A stretch of 64,000 nucleotides of DNA, taken from positions 266,050 through 330,049 of the forward strand of contig CAYNRJ010000001.1 in the NCBI GenBank assembly GCA_964399865.1, given 5' to 3'. Below are positions 36,694 through 46,184 of the stretch, piece by piece (position 1 is the first letter of the stretch; the number at the start of each line of letters is the position of its first letter). The notes beneath the pieces are model-generated. The model saw only the letters and a program-made list of their open reading frames with translations, was not told the origin of the DNA and did not search any database. The stretch is from an uncultured Candidatus Saccharibacteria bacterium (GTDB taxonomy: Bacteria > Patescibacteriota > Minisyncoccia > Phycocordibacterales > UBA2100). The position numbers and the translations under genes are program-made.

Positions 36694-37932
36694 TTAGAGA
36701 ACGAACTTACCGTCCTCGTAGATCACTTTTGTAGAACCATCTTTGAGATGTGCAGTTACGGTTCGATCTGTCGTTGAGACGACGTCTGTGTGAACCGAGG
36801 AATCGTTAAAGCCGAGGCGCTCTGCCTCTTTGGTTGTGAGTTTGGATACATCACCTGCATAGGTGTCGCGATAGCTCATGCCGAGCGCGATGTGCGAATT
36901 ACCGTAGCGACCACCCATGTTCTCGTCGAAGAGAGTTTCTGCCATGAACTTCGTGATGCGCGAGTGACGTGAGTCTGTGAGTGAGTACTCCCCGATCTTG
37001 TTCGCATTCTTTGTCGCGATCATTTCCTTGAGAAGCTTCTCGTTCGTCTTTGCTTTCGATTTTACGACGATGCCGTCTTTGAACCAGAGCTCGATACCAG
37101 TAATCTTGTTGCTGTAACGGTAGAGTGGCTGATTGATACGAATCCATCCGTTTGTACCGCGCCAATCAGGAGACGTGAAGATTTCAAACGACGGAATATT
37201 ACGGCCGCTTCCCGCGTGCCATGCGCGCTTCTCCCCAAGTGTGTACCACATGTCCATATCTTCTCCCACTGCATGGAGTTTATCGATTTTCGGAGAGAGC
37301 TTGTTGAGTCGGCTGCGATACTTTTCGATATCACGATACACGGCTTTCCACTTTCCGATTGGATCTTTTTCATCAAGGAAACACGCCTTAATGATCTGAT
37401 CCCAGTATTCTTTCTCGCTTAGCCCTGCCTCTTTCGCCATCGCAGGAGTTCCGTAGAGCGCGATCGTCCACGTAAATTTATTCTTCCACTCCTTCTCGTG
37501 GCGCCAGTCCATGAATGGTTTGAGTGCCAGCCCTCGCTGCATTATCTTTTTTGGTTCAATGCCTTTAAGAGCATGAGGATCCTTTTCCGCAAGAAGGAAG
37601 ACCGAGTGATCCATTTCATCAATGACACCCTTCAAGTATTTTGCAGGAAAATGATTGAGTTGATGTGGCTTTGCGTGTTCATAGAAATAGCGGGAGACAC
37701 TGATATTGCGGCGCTTGTCTCCCTGCTCTTCGTCGGGACCGTAATTCGACATGACGTGTCCGCCCGCATCGACTATCGCATTACATACTGCAATAAAAAG
37801 CGGCTTCGCTGATTCAGAAGCCGATACTCGTACAACCTCTCCCTTTTTAATTCCCTTCCCTCCGCCGAGCGCGAAGTTAATAAGTACATCTGCATATCTT
37901 TTAAGAATGATGTCGCTTGGTGTGTATGCCAT
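36694..37932 (-). CDS. aminopeptidase, M29 (AmpS/PepS thermophilic metalloprotease) family
   Basis: Full-length 412 aa with the M29 hallmark segments (GVSYRDTYAGD-like region, HTDVV). Confidence 0.75.
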   Translation of the reverse strand: MAYTPSDIILKRYADVLINFALGGGKGIKKGEVVRVSASESAKPLFIAVCNAIVDAGGHVMSNYGPDEEQGDKRRNISVSRYFYEHAKPHQLNHFPAKYLKGVIDEMDHSVFLLAEKDPHALKGIEPKKIMQRGLALKPFMDWRHEKEWKNKFTWTIALYGTPAMAKEAGLSEKEYWDQIIKACFLDEKDPIGKWKAVYRDIEKYRSRLNKLSPKIDKLHAVGEDMDMWYTLGEKRAWHAGSGRNIPSFEIFTSPDWRGTNGWIRINQPLYRYSNKITGIELWFKDGIVVKSKAKTNEKLLKEMIATKNANKIGEYSLTDSRHSRITKFMAETLFDENMGGRYGNSHIALGMSYRDTYAGDVSKLTTKEAERLGFNDSSVHTDVVSTTDRTVTAHLKDGSTKVIYEDGKFVL

Positions 37933-38026
37933 TGGGCTAGACTACAAAATGAAAGTCCTCCTGTCGAGTATAGAAAAGAGGCGGCCGCGAAAGTCGCGAG
38001 CCGCCCCTCCGGAAGCACCGCAAACC

Positions 38027-38209
38027 CTAGGGCGCGAGTGCTTCCCTGACCAGTTGCGAAAGTCGCTCCTGGTCGTACTCGCCGGTCATCTGATCGCCCG
38101 AAAACGAAGAGACGGCCGGCAAGGTTTCGGCGAACTGCGAGGTGGCGAAAAAAGCGAGGGCCACGAACACAATCCCACCGAGACATACTTCAATAATCCT
38201 TGTACGCAT
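38027..38209 (-). CDS. hypothetical small membrane/secreted protein (60 aa)
   Basis: TM/signal-like IVFVALAFFATSQFA then a hydrophilic tail. Weak support. Confidence 0.25.
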   Translation of the reverse strand: MRTRIIEVCLGGIVFVALAFFATSQFAETLPAVSSFSGDQMTGEYDQERLSQLVREALAP

Positions 38210-38353
38210 GACATCTTCTCCTGGTTACTCATTACACATAGCAGTCGTCGGTTTTTACCCGACTTTTCTGCCACCAAGGATTGATGCCTCCCAAATCTAA
38301 TTATTACACGAAACCATCTGTTTGTCAATATGTGGCTTATTCCCTAGCCCAAA

Positions 38354-38411
38354 TGCAATGAGGCGACGCCTCATTGCGTGGGAAGCACGCGATGAGATGA
38401 CATCTCATCGC
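38354..38411. repeat. pair of REP-like palindromes: tgcaatgaggcgacgcctcattgc (38354-38377) and gcgatgagatgacatctcatcgc (38389-38411)
   Basis: Perfect palindromes. The first matches the copy at 54048 and resembles the hairpins flanking the RAYT gene at 57 kb. Confidence 0.5.
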
Positions 38412-38430
38412 ATAGGGCGGAAACGAGGGC

Positions 38431-39915
38431 CTAGACGCGCTTTATCTCGTTCGCACGTTCCTTGATATCTATTGGATAGATCCCTGTGAAGCAGGACGTG
38501 CAGAATTGATCTTCTGGGATCCCGGTCGCTCGTATCATGCCATCGTATGAAAGGTACCGGAGCGATGTTGCGCCTAGATATTTTTCTATCTCCTCTACGG
38601 ACTGGTTCGCAGCGATGAGGTCCTTCTGCCTTGGAGTATCAATTCCATAGAAGTCTGGATATTTAACCGGCGGGGACGCAACGAGGAAGTGCACCTCTCT
38701 CGCTCCCGCATCAAAAAGCATTTTAACGATCTGTCGAGAAGTCGTACCTCGGACGATCGAATCATCGAAAACGATCACTCTTTTCCCATTAATGACTTCT
38801 GGGAGGGCAGAGAGCTTTGCATGTACACCCTGCTCTCGCACGTGCTGCTCAGGAGTAATGAATGTGCGGTGGATGTAGCGATTCTTTGTGAGTCCCATTT
38901 CAAACGGGATACCGAGAGCCTGAGCGTACCCGATAGCAGAAGGAATAGCGGTTTCTGGCACAGGGATGACAACGTCTGCTTCAAGGGGATATTCTTTTGC
39001 GAGCTCAACGCCGAAATTCCGTCGCACTTCGTAGATAGATTTCCCGAGTAGTTTGCTATCAGGACGTGCGAAATAAACGAATTCGAATATATCCAACTTC
39101 GGAGTAGGTGGCGCGACCTGTTCACTCTTCACTCCACTTTCGTCAATGACGATCATCTCGCCCGCATTAATTTCTCGAATGAATTCCGCACCGATCGGCG
39201 AAAACGCACAGGTTTCCGATGCGACAACGTATCCCCCATTCAATTTAGCGAGTGCGAGTGGCCGAATACCGTATCTATCGCGAACCGCAACCAGTTTGTT
39301 CTCCGACATTAAGATGAGAGAAAATGCTCCCGTGAAAAGCGGGTACATATTCTTGATCGCTGTAGGGAGATCGACGTTCGTCTCACGCATATGCGCAGCG
39401 ATCGCTTCGACGATCATGCGTGAATCCGAAAATTCTTTCGACGCTATTCCCTGTTTAGTCAGGTATTCGGTGAGTAGATCCCAGGTCGGCAAATTTCCGT
39501 TGTGCGCGAGTGCGATAGCCCCATCGTCTGGACTAGAGCAAAGCGAAACCGAGTCGTTAAGACTCGGGTGTGGATCTTCGTATGAGACTTTGTGGATCGA
39601 AGCTGCGGCTGCTGCGAGCATGGGCTGCGCATGTTTTACATGAGTACCACCTGCAGTTGAATATCGATTATGGCCGACAGCTATATGTCCTTTTAACCCG
39701 CCAATAATTTCATCATTAAAAACCTGAGATACCAGACCCGAGCCTTTGTGAAGCGTGATAGTGCTCCCATCTGCGGTTGCTATACCAGAAGACTCTTGCC
39801 CGCGGTGTTGCAGTGCAAAGAGTCCGAAAAAGGAGAGGCGCGCAACATCGAGGCCCTTGCCGTAAACGCCGAAGACCGCGCATTTTTCCCCAAGGTTGCG
39901 CATGGAAGCAAGCAT
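38431..39915 (-). CDS. purF: amidophosphoribosyltransferase with an 11-residue propeptide before the catalytic Cys
   Basis: MLASMRNLGEK-CAVFGVYG matches the N-terminal nucleophile Cys after a B. subtilis-like propeptide. Also has the PRTase motif and a C-terminal Cys cluster. The start was set at 39915. Confidence 0.85.
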   Translation of the reverse strand: MLASMRNLGEKCAVFGVYGKGLDVARLSFFGLFALQHRGQESSGIATADGSTITLHKGSGLVSQVFNDEIIGGLKGHIAVGHNRYSTAGGTHVKHAQPMLAAAAASIHKVSYEDPHPSLNDSVSLCSSPDDGAIALAHNGNLPTWDLLTEYLTKQGIASKEFSDSRMIVEAIAAHMRETNVDLPTAIKNMYPLFTGAFSLILMSENKLVAVRDRYGIRPLALAKLNGGYVVASETCAFSPIGAEFIREINAGEMIVIDESGVKSEQVAPPTPKLDIFEFVYFARPDSKLLGKSIYEVRRNFGVELAKEYPLEADVVIPVPETAIPSAIGYAQALGIPFEMGLTKNRYIHRTFITPEQHVREQGVHAKLSALPEVINGKRVIVFDDSIVRGTTSRQIVKMLFDAGAREVHFLVASPPVKYPDFYGIDTPRQKDLIAANQSVEEIEKYLGATSLRYLSYDGMIRATGIPEDQFCTSCFTGIYPIDIKERANEIKRV

Positions 39916-39985
39916 TGTACCAGATAGCTGCGGGAACGCTAGATAAGGTTTTGGGCGCACGCGACAAAGTCGCGTGCGCCCTTTT

Positions 39986-40558
39986 CTACGACCGACGGAT
40001 GAAGAGCCAGCGCTCGCCGTCCTTCGGCATGGGAAGCGCTTCGAGCAAAGCGGTTCGTGGCAATCGTTCGCCGAGGTCCACGACCGCGCTCCAGTCGTGC
40101 ACATCGGGCATTGTTGCCAAGGTGACGGGACGAAACCCTAGGATGCCAGCGGTACGCATCACCGGAAACGCGTCAGTGATGAGGAAGAGACCTTTGCCCT
40201 GAGGCGCTTTCGCCACGAGCTCAGTCATGAGATCGAACTGTACGCCATTCCCGCGTAGCTCAGGCGTCACCCAGACCGTCCCCAACTCGTACCAGCCATC
40301 GACTGCGGTGCGCCAAAGCGCAGCATACCCTTGGACGAAACGCAGACTCGCCACAGGCGAATCGATCTGCCGCACCACCGCGCGCCCAGCGTAGAAACGC
40401 TTCGAAAGCTTTCTCGCCGTTGTCCGGGCAGAGAAATACTTCCCCTCCGCTCGAATCTGCTCAGAAAGAACAATCCACCTATCCTGCATTCGAATGACCT
40501 CCTCATGAATGCAAAGCGGCCTCCGATTGAGGCCGCTTTGGAAATTTTGTAGAGACAA
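39986..40558 (-). CDS. putative GNAT-like N-acetyltransferase (GC-rich gene)
   Basis: GWYELGTVWVTPELRGNG resembles the GNAT motif A. Weak. The start is uncertain. Confidence 0.35.
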   Translation of the reverse strand: MSLQNFQSGLNRRPLCIHEEVIRMQDRWIVLSEQIRAEGKYFSARTTARKLSKRFYAGRAVVRQIDSPVASLRFVQGYAALWRTAVDGWYELGTVWVTPELRGNGVQFDLMTELVAKAPQGKGLFLITDAFPVMRTAGILGFRPVTLATMPDVHDWSAVVDLGERLPRTALLEALPMPKDGERWLFIRRS

Positions 40559-40665
40559 AAACTCTAAACGACCTCAATCATTGAGACCGTACGGCGGCAA
40601 TTCATTGTAGATTTCGCGCTCATGTATTTCTTTTATACCATAGCCCCATATTCGTGCAATAAGAA

Positions 40666-40696
40666 TGCGGGCGCGCCACGAGGGCGCGCCCGCATG
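40666..40696 (-). terminator. GC hairpin gcgggcgcgcc/ggcgcgcccgc immediately downstream of the hisG stop
   Basis: Read directly from the sequence. Confidence 0.4.
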
Positions 40697-40708
40697 CAGC
40701 TTGCGACA

Positions 40709-41611
40709 TTACAAGGTCGCGATGACAGCCGATATCGGGCTCACGAGGAACCCCTCCGCACCGGAGGCTGCGCAAACAACGATGAGGTGATTCGCGCTCG
40801 TGGCAGGAACGACAGCGCTCACCGAATGGAACGGCGGCGTCCCAGAAAGCGAAGTCACGGTCGGATTGCGCATCGCAGGGAGAAGCTTCAGGACATCTCC
40901 GAGGCGAGTATCGGGCACGTTCATCGTGAGAAGTACCTTACCCCGTGCCTCGACGACACCCCGTAAGATTGCCGCGAGAGCGCTGACCTTCGCCGCAGTC
41001 TCTCTGTCCTTCAGCACCTTTCTATTCGCGATGAGGACGACGCTCGATTCCAGGATTGAATCGATGGCGCGCAAACGATTCGCACGAAGAGATGTCCCCG
41101 TTTCCGTCAGGCACACGCCGTACGGATAGATGTCGGGGATTTCGGCCTCGACGGAGCCCACAGACGAGACCACCGTGACGTTCTTGCCGCGCTCCGTGAA
41201 GAACGCTCTCGTTAGCCGCGGATACTCCGACAGGATACTGCTCCCATCCGGGATCGCGCTGGCATCCTTTTCTCGTCCGCTTTCCGGGCCGATGACGACG
41301 ATCCGCGCCTTGGAAGTCGTGCCGCGATTGAATTCGAGATCAGCGCAAACTTCGACGCGCGCGCCCGCTTCTCGCACAGCATCGAGCCCCGTGATCCCGA
41401 CATTGAATTCCCCGCTCTCGACGAGCTTAGGAATGCGAGTGGGCTTCACGAACCTCGCAACGTGCGGCCATGAGACGCCCTCTAAGAGGGCCTCGTTGCT
41501 GCCGGATTGCCTGGACAACATGATCCTGGCTGCCCGTAGATGGTCGACAGACCTCTCCTCGATACTCTTCCCAGACGGCAAAGCAATGGTACCCATTACT
41601 GTATTCCTCAA
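40709..41611 (-). CDS. hisG: ATP phosphoribosyltransferase, long form with a C-terminal regulatory domain
   Basis: GTIALPSGKSIEE, GSVEAEIPDIYPYGVCLTETGTSLRANRL and a HisG C-terminal domain. GC-rich. No other his genes are nearby. Confidence 0.8.
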   Translation of the reverse strand: MRNTVMGTIALPSGKSIEERSVDHLRAARIMLSRQSGSNEALLEGVSWPHVARFVKPTRIPKLVESGEFNVGITGLDAVREAGARVEVCADLEFNRGTTSKARIVVIGPESGREKDASAIPDGSSILSEYPRLTRAFFTERGKNVTVVSSVGSVEAEIPDIYPYGVCLTETGTSLRANRLRAIDSILESSVVLIANRKVLKDRETAAKVSALAAILRGVVEARGKVLLTMNVPDTRLGDVLKLLPAMRNPTVTSLSGTPPFHSVSAVVPATSANHLIVVCAASGAEGFLVSPISAVIATL

Positions 41612-41637
41612 AGATCACGCGCCTGTTATGGGACATG

Positions 41638-41665
41638 AACGCAAAACCCCCTCGCAAGAGGGGGC
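41638..41665 (-). terminator. candidate attenuator terminator (CCCCCTC ttgc GAGGGGG then UUUUGCGUU) about 27 nt upstream of hisG
   Basis: Read on the minus strand, between the leader ORF and the hisG start. Confidence 0.4.
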
Positions 41666-41695
41666 TAGTTTGATTAGGGAAAAATGGAAATCAAC

Positions 41696-41755
41696 TCAAT
41701 CCTCTCTTGCGACGAGAATTAAGTGGTGATGGATTATGTTGCTTATCTTTTGCAT
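41696..41755 (-). CDS. candidate his leader peptide MQKISNIIHHHLILVARED (19 aa, three consecutive His codons)
   Basis: A small ORF immediately upstream of the terminator hairpin and hisG. The codons CAT CAC CAC are contiguous. Confidence 0.35.
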   Translation of the reverse strand: MQKISNIIHHHLILVARED

Positions 41756-41774
41756 GTATGTTCTTTGTACCTCT

Positions 41775-42560
41775 TTATATATTTTCTGTCAATTTCAAGA
41801 GTTCGGCGTGTAAGTCTGGGTTTGCTGCAACCATCTCCAAATCCCCCAATTTCCAAGGGTTACCCTTTGTATCGGTCACCTTGCAACCCGATTCAGCAAG
41901 GAGAAGCGAAGTGGGGGCAAAATCCCACACACTTCCCGCAAGCGGTACGTACCAATCCTTGCGCCCGCACGCGGTGTAGCAGGCATTAATCGAGAATGCT
42001 CCGACAGATCTCATTTGAATACGAGACTCATCAGCGTTCGCAAGAATATTGCGCATAAACTTAACCGCCTTTCCTTGAAGCGTGGAGGAACTGCTCCCCG
42101 AAGAATTGTGAAGCGTCTTCTTCTCCGCACAGTGGATTCGCTTTCCGTTTAAAAAAGCTCCTTTACCTTTCTCGGCAAAAAACAATTCGTTCGCGGTCGG
42201 AATGTAGATGGCAGAAAGTATGACCTCATTCTTGTGAATAAGACATACCATCGTACCGAAAAGCGGGATGTGTGCGGCAAAATTCTGAGTGCCATCAATT
42301 GGGTCGATTGCCCAGAGATATCCCGTGTCACCATCTGCATTTGTCTCACCACTCTCTTCGGCGACTATGCTATGTTCTGGATATGTTTTTTTAATTGCGG
42401 AAACAATGATTTCCTCGGAAAGAAAATCTGCTTTTGTGACCGAATCAGAGAGTCGATCTGATTTCATGTATTCCACCCCGACGGTTCCGAAGAGCTCGAG
42501 CACGGCATCGCCCGCCTTCTTTGCGATTTCTTGAATGAATGTATCAGCTCCTTTAGGCAT
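41775..42560 (-). CDS. inositol-monophosphatase family protein (SuhB/HisN-like phosphatase)
   Basis: IMPase motifs WAIDPIDGT and a metal-binding Asp/Glu set. HisN-type histidinol-phosphatases belong to this family, and the gene is adjacent to hisG. Confidence 0.7.
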   Translation of the reverse strand: MPKGADTFIQEIAKKAGDAVLELFGTVGVEYMKSDRLSDSVTKADFLSEEIIVSAIKKTYPEHSIVAEESGETNADGDTGYLWAIDPIDGTQNFAAHIPLFGTMVCLIHKNEVILSAIYIPTANELFFAEKGKGAFLNGKRIHCAEKKTLHNSSGSSSSTLQGKAVKFMRNILANADESRIQMRSVGAFSINACYTACGRKDWYVPLAGSVWDFAPTSLLLAESGCKVTDTKGNPWKLGDLEMVAANPDLHAELLKLTENI

Positions 42561-42610
42561 GCCCTATCCTACACAATACTCGTGGAATAAAAAGCGGCAC
42601 ACCTGTACAA

Positions 42611-43066
42611 CTATTTAAGTTCAATGAGCGCCTGGAAATTTCCACGCACTCCTGGTGTCTCTGCGCTCCCCTCATCAAGCTCTCCTTTCTTCACGACAAG
42701 TTCTCCATCCTCGCGAAAGACTCCGATCTCTGTGCCTCCGCCAGCAAACCAGCAGATGACCCCCGAGAGTTCATTGTCTTGTAATTCCCAGCTCGTGCCC
42801 TCGATTACAGAACAATCCCCCTGGTACGTCCCCACAGAATAGGGCGCGCCGTCTGCGCGAAGCGTGACCGCTGTCATCGGAGCGCCTGTGTCTTCTTCAG
42901 TACCCACATTCTGGAAACTCCACGTAAATTGTTCACCGCTTACCTTTGAATTTGCGACATCCTCCGGCGAGTGCTTGGCGATACTATCTTTTGCGGCCAT
43001 ACCAAGCCCTACTATGATCAACGTCAATATAATAAGAATCGCTACCTTTCCGGTTATTCCTGTCAT
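42611..43066 (-). CDS. hypothetical secreted/membrane-anchored protein (about 151 aa)
   Basis: Signal anchor MTGITGKVAILIILTLIIVGLG. The start was trimmed to avoid overlap with gdhA. Confidence 0.45.
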   Translation of the reverse strand: MTGITGKVAILIILTLIIVGLGMAAKDSIAKHSPEDVANSKVSGEQFTWSFQNVGTEEDTGAPMTAVTLRADGAPYSVGTYQGDCSVIEGTSWELQDNELSGVICWFAGGGTEIGVFREDGELVVKKGELDEGSAETPGVRGNFQALIELK

Positions 43067-43092
43067 AGAAAGGCAGTGTATCACCCTCTTTC

Positions 43093-44367
43093 TTACTTCG
43101 AAACACTGCCGCTTAGTCGCTGAAGGGCGACTATATATGCGGCTTCTCTGAGAGAGACTTTGTATTTTTCTGATGCAGCGAACACTTCGTCGGTCGCTGT
43201 TTCCATCAGCGTTTTGAGTTTGGCGAGGACATCTTCCTTCGTCCATTTTTCGTTGTGCATATTCTGATACCACTCAAAATAGGACACGGCGACACCTCCA
43301 CTATTTGCGAGAATGTCTGGAATCACGGTTACTCCTTTTTCGGCGAGCACTTCATCAGCCTCGAGAGTTGTTGGGCCGTTCGCCATCTCAAGCACTATGC
43401 TGGCTTTGATCTTTTCGACATTTTCTTTTGTGATCGTATTTTCAAGCGCTGCTGGAACAACGATGTCGACAGGCAGAGTCAGCACCTCGTCTCCCGTTAT
43501 GTCTCTTCCACCAAGTTTTTCTTTCGCCGCAGCATCGCACACAGACCCGATGCAGTAACAATTTGTGAATTGGCCAGTTTTCTTTTTGCAGGCCTGCATC
43601 ACAGAAATATCCGGAATTCCACCAGGCACATACATGCCGCCTTTTGAATCTGCGACAGCGACGACTTTAAATCCGTGGTCGTGCAAAAAGTTTGCCAGAA
43701 AACTTCCGAGGTTACCGAACCCTTGTATCGCAACTGTCATCCCCTTGGGATCTTTTTTCGCTCTTCGGAGAGCGTTAAGGAGCACGTAGCCGCCTCCATA
43801 TCCTGTTGCGCCTTCGCGGCCTTCGGAACCCTCTTTCTCAACAGGTTTCCCCGTTACTACGGCCGGAGAGTCCTTTCCGACGACTTCGCTATACCCTTCT
43901 CGCATCCAGTTCATGATCACTCCGTTGGTATTCATGTCGGGTCCTGGCACATCGATCGTAGGACCGAGGACTGGTGCGAGCTTTCGTGCAAATTCGAGCG
44001 TGAGTCGCTGCAATTCTCCTTGAGATAGTTTTTCTGGATCGACGATGATACCTCCCTTTCCACCCCCGAACGGAATATTCACAATCGCATTCTTCATTGT
44101 CATCCAGAACGACAGCGCTCTCATTTCGTCCGCTTCAACCGCAGGATGATAGCGAATGCCGCCTTTGTAGGCGCCACGCATATTGTTGTGCTGCACGCGA
44201 AACCCTTGAAAGACTTCCACGTGTCCCCCATCCATTTTTATCGGAATTGAAACTTCGACCACACGATCAGGGTGCTCCAGTCGTGCGAGTAACATTGGAT
44301 CTAATTTTAAATGTTTTGCCGCATCTCGTAATTGTGTTCTTGCTCTGTCCCATGCGTTGTCTTGCAT
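43093..44367 (-). CDS. gdhA: glutamate dehydrogenase
   Basis: GDH signature with the catalytic Lys region FGGGKGG and the NAD(P) Rossmann GFGNLG. Confidence 0.9.
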   Translation of the reverse strand: MQDNAWDRARTQLRDAAKHLKLDPMLLARLEHPDRVVEVSIPIKMDGGHVEVFQGFRVQHNNMRGAYKGGIRYHPAVEADEMRALSFWMTMKNAIVNIPFGGGKGGIIVDPEKLSQGELQRLTLEFARKLAPVLGPTIDVPGPDMNTNGVIMNWMREGYSEVVGKDSPAVVTGKPVEKEGSEGREGATGYGGGYVLLNALRRAKKDPKGMTVAIQGFGNLGSFLANFLHDHGFKVVAVADSKGGMYVPGGIPDISVMQACKKKTGQFTNCYCIGSVCDAAAKEKLGGRDITGDEVLTLPVDIVVPAALENTITKENVEKIKASIVLEMANGPTTLEADEVLAEKGVTVIPDILANSGGVAVSYFEWYQNMHNEKWTKEDVLAKLKTLMETATDEVFAASEKYKVSLREAAYIVALQRLSGSVSK

Positions 44368-44448
44368 AATGCCGCCTATTCTACCGTGGAACAGAACCGC
44401 ACGCGATGACCCGTTTCTAACTCCTTTCCCTCCCCGGAAATAATAGCT

Positions 44449-44583
44449 GCGAGGCGGCAGGTATATGCAAAACCTCTGGAGACGCGTCGGCTTGGACGGC
44501 GCAAAGCGCCGCGACGCGTTGAAGCATAAGGACGCTCTCCGCAGGAGAGAGCGTCCGGGTTTCGCATATACCTGCCGCCGAGC
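44449..44583. other. structured inverted-repeat element: 22-bp interrupted outer helix (ggcggcaggtatatgc.aaacc / ggttt.gcatatacctgccgcc) enclosing two internal perfect hairpins
   Basis: Intergenic between a hypothetical gene stop and the gdhA start. The inner hairpins are gacgcgtcg...cgacgcgtc and ggacgctctc cgcagga gagagcgtcc. Confidence 0.45.
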
Positions 44584-44585
44584 AC

Positions 44586-46133
44586 TTAGCGCATTTCTTC
44601 CGCCTTCTCCCGTATGTACACCATGAACTGATTCGAGAAATTAAGGAGGCGTTTGAATGGTGTCTCAATAATGAAGTCCATGATGAGGACGATCACGTTA
44701 ATTGATGAGAACGAGCGAGACAGCCATCTGCCCACGCGTACGATCGGTATCGCAAGCACACTCGAGAGAAGGAAGAGCGTACTGCCGCTTTCGACAACTT
44801 TCCAGCGCCTGGACTGATAACGAATGCGGAATGCAAAGTACGAGACGAGCGCGAGGAATAGTAGGAAGAGAATGATAGAGACAGGATTGAAATGTAGGAG
44901 TTGTAGGATGCCGATGAGCGCTCCGAATACAAAAACGATGAGTGCAAGATAGATAGTTCCAAATACGAGGGAGAGGCGTGTGTAATTATTACGTACTCGC
45001 ACGTTGCGCACCTTCCCTTCATAAATAACACCGCGGACTCCCTTCACTATCGCAGCGGTATTCGACTCATCGAGCGCACCGACTCTTCGAGTGAGCGCAA
45101 ATAGGAGCGCTGGGTGGAAGAGGATGTTAACTGAGAGTGGGAAATAATTTATGCCGCCAAGAATGATGACCTCATACGGTACTTCGATCGCGAGCGCGAC
45201 CAACATTTTTGTAAGGAACAAATACCCAACTGCTCGAATACCGCTTGATTTGATGCGTTCGTTCTCCTTTTCGTATTTCTTAGCAAGAAAATCCCTCGTG
45301 TGTTCTTCTAATTCGTGAGGCGAGTTAAGAACATGCTCCGCAGACGAACCATGATGCTGAATGACATCGCGGATAATATGGAAATAGATACTTTCATTTT
45401 TTATTTTCTGCGCGAGCTGCCACTGGAGCGGATTATCGACTGACTCACGTATGGTCGCTACGATTCCACCTAGGCGCTGGGCTACATTCTGGACATTCAG
45501 TCCTGGAAGTTTCCACTCGGGGACATATAAAAGCCACAGTGCGTATGACAGTCGCTCATTGTCTGCCGAAAGAAGCGATCGCCATGCAGCGCAGTAAAGT
45601 TGAGAATTAACTCCCTCTATTGAAACACCGGAAACTCCGACGTGTCCCTGCATCGACTTGTAAAATGCCTCGACGGTCGCGTCATCAACTGCGTATTGGA
45701 TCGGAGAAAGTCTCGCGTCGATCTCTGTCGCTGCAAAACTTAAGAGTCGTCGCGCAATGGTGCCACTCGCTCTTGCGGTATCGATAAGTCCGAGGAATTT
45801 CCAAACGATGACATCAATATCGGCACCAAGCTCTTCAGTAGCCTGCTCCTTTTGAAGGTACTGGCCATCTACAAGCTCCTGAAGCAGCGCCATGCCCGCG
45901 TGCATGTCACGTTCTATGAAAATACGTCTCTTGAGAATGCGTTCTATCGCGGAGCGACGGATCGTGTGCTCTTCACGATAATCAACGAGGTATCGAACCT
46001 TCTCATAGAAAGAAGCCGCCTTCCCGATGATTCGGTTAACTTCAAGAGCCTGTTCGCCGACAGGGAGGTCCGCGGCTGCCTTTTCGGCAGCGTCTACTTT
46101 AAGCACGAGTTCCCGTATGGGATCTGTGAGCAT
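44586..46133 (-). CDS. hypothetical protein (about 330-aa soluble N-terminal domain plus C-terminal TM helices)
   Basis: Long complete ORF with no family recognised. Confidence 0.5.
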   Translation of the reverse strand: MLTDPIRELVLKVDAAEKAAADLPVGEQALEVNRIIGKAASFYEKVRYLVDYREEHTIRRSAIERILKRRIFIERDMHAGMALLQELVDGQYLQKEQATEELGADIDVIVWKFLGLIDTARASGTIARRLLSFAATEIDARLSPIQYAVDDATVEAFYKSMQGHVGVSGVSIEGVNSQLYCAAWRSLLSADNERLSYALWLLYVPEWKLPGLNVQNVAQRLGGIVATIRESVDNPLQWQLAQKIKNESIYFHIIRDVIQHHGSSAEHVLNSPHELEEHTRDFLAKKYEKENERIKSSGIRAVGYLFLTKMLVALAIEVPYEVIILGGINYFPLSVNILFHPALLFALTRRVGALDESNTAAIVKGVRGVIYEGKVRNVRVRNNYTRLSLVFGTIYLALIVFVFGALIGILQLLHFNPVSIILFLLFLALVSYFAFRIRYQSRRWKVVESGSTLFLLSSVLAIPIVRVGRWLSRSFSSINVIVLIMDFIIETPFKRLLNFSNQFMVYIREKAEEMR

Positions 46134-46184
46134 TGTGCCATTCTACCGACTTACGAGCCCTTACGCGAGCGTCATAGTCCCCAC

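Noticed and set aside
37751-38284. Plus-strand 177-aa and minus-strand 137-aa ORFs spanning the ampS start region
   Set aside because: They overlap the well-supported M29 aminopeptidase gene and an intergenic REP region, and they have no family features.
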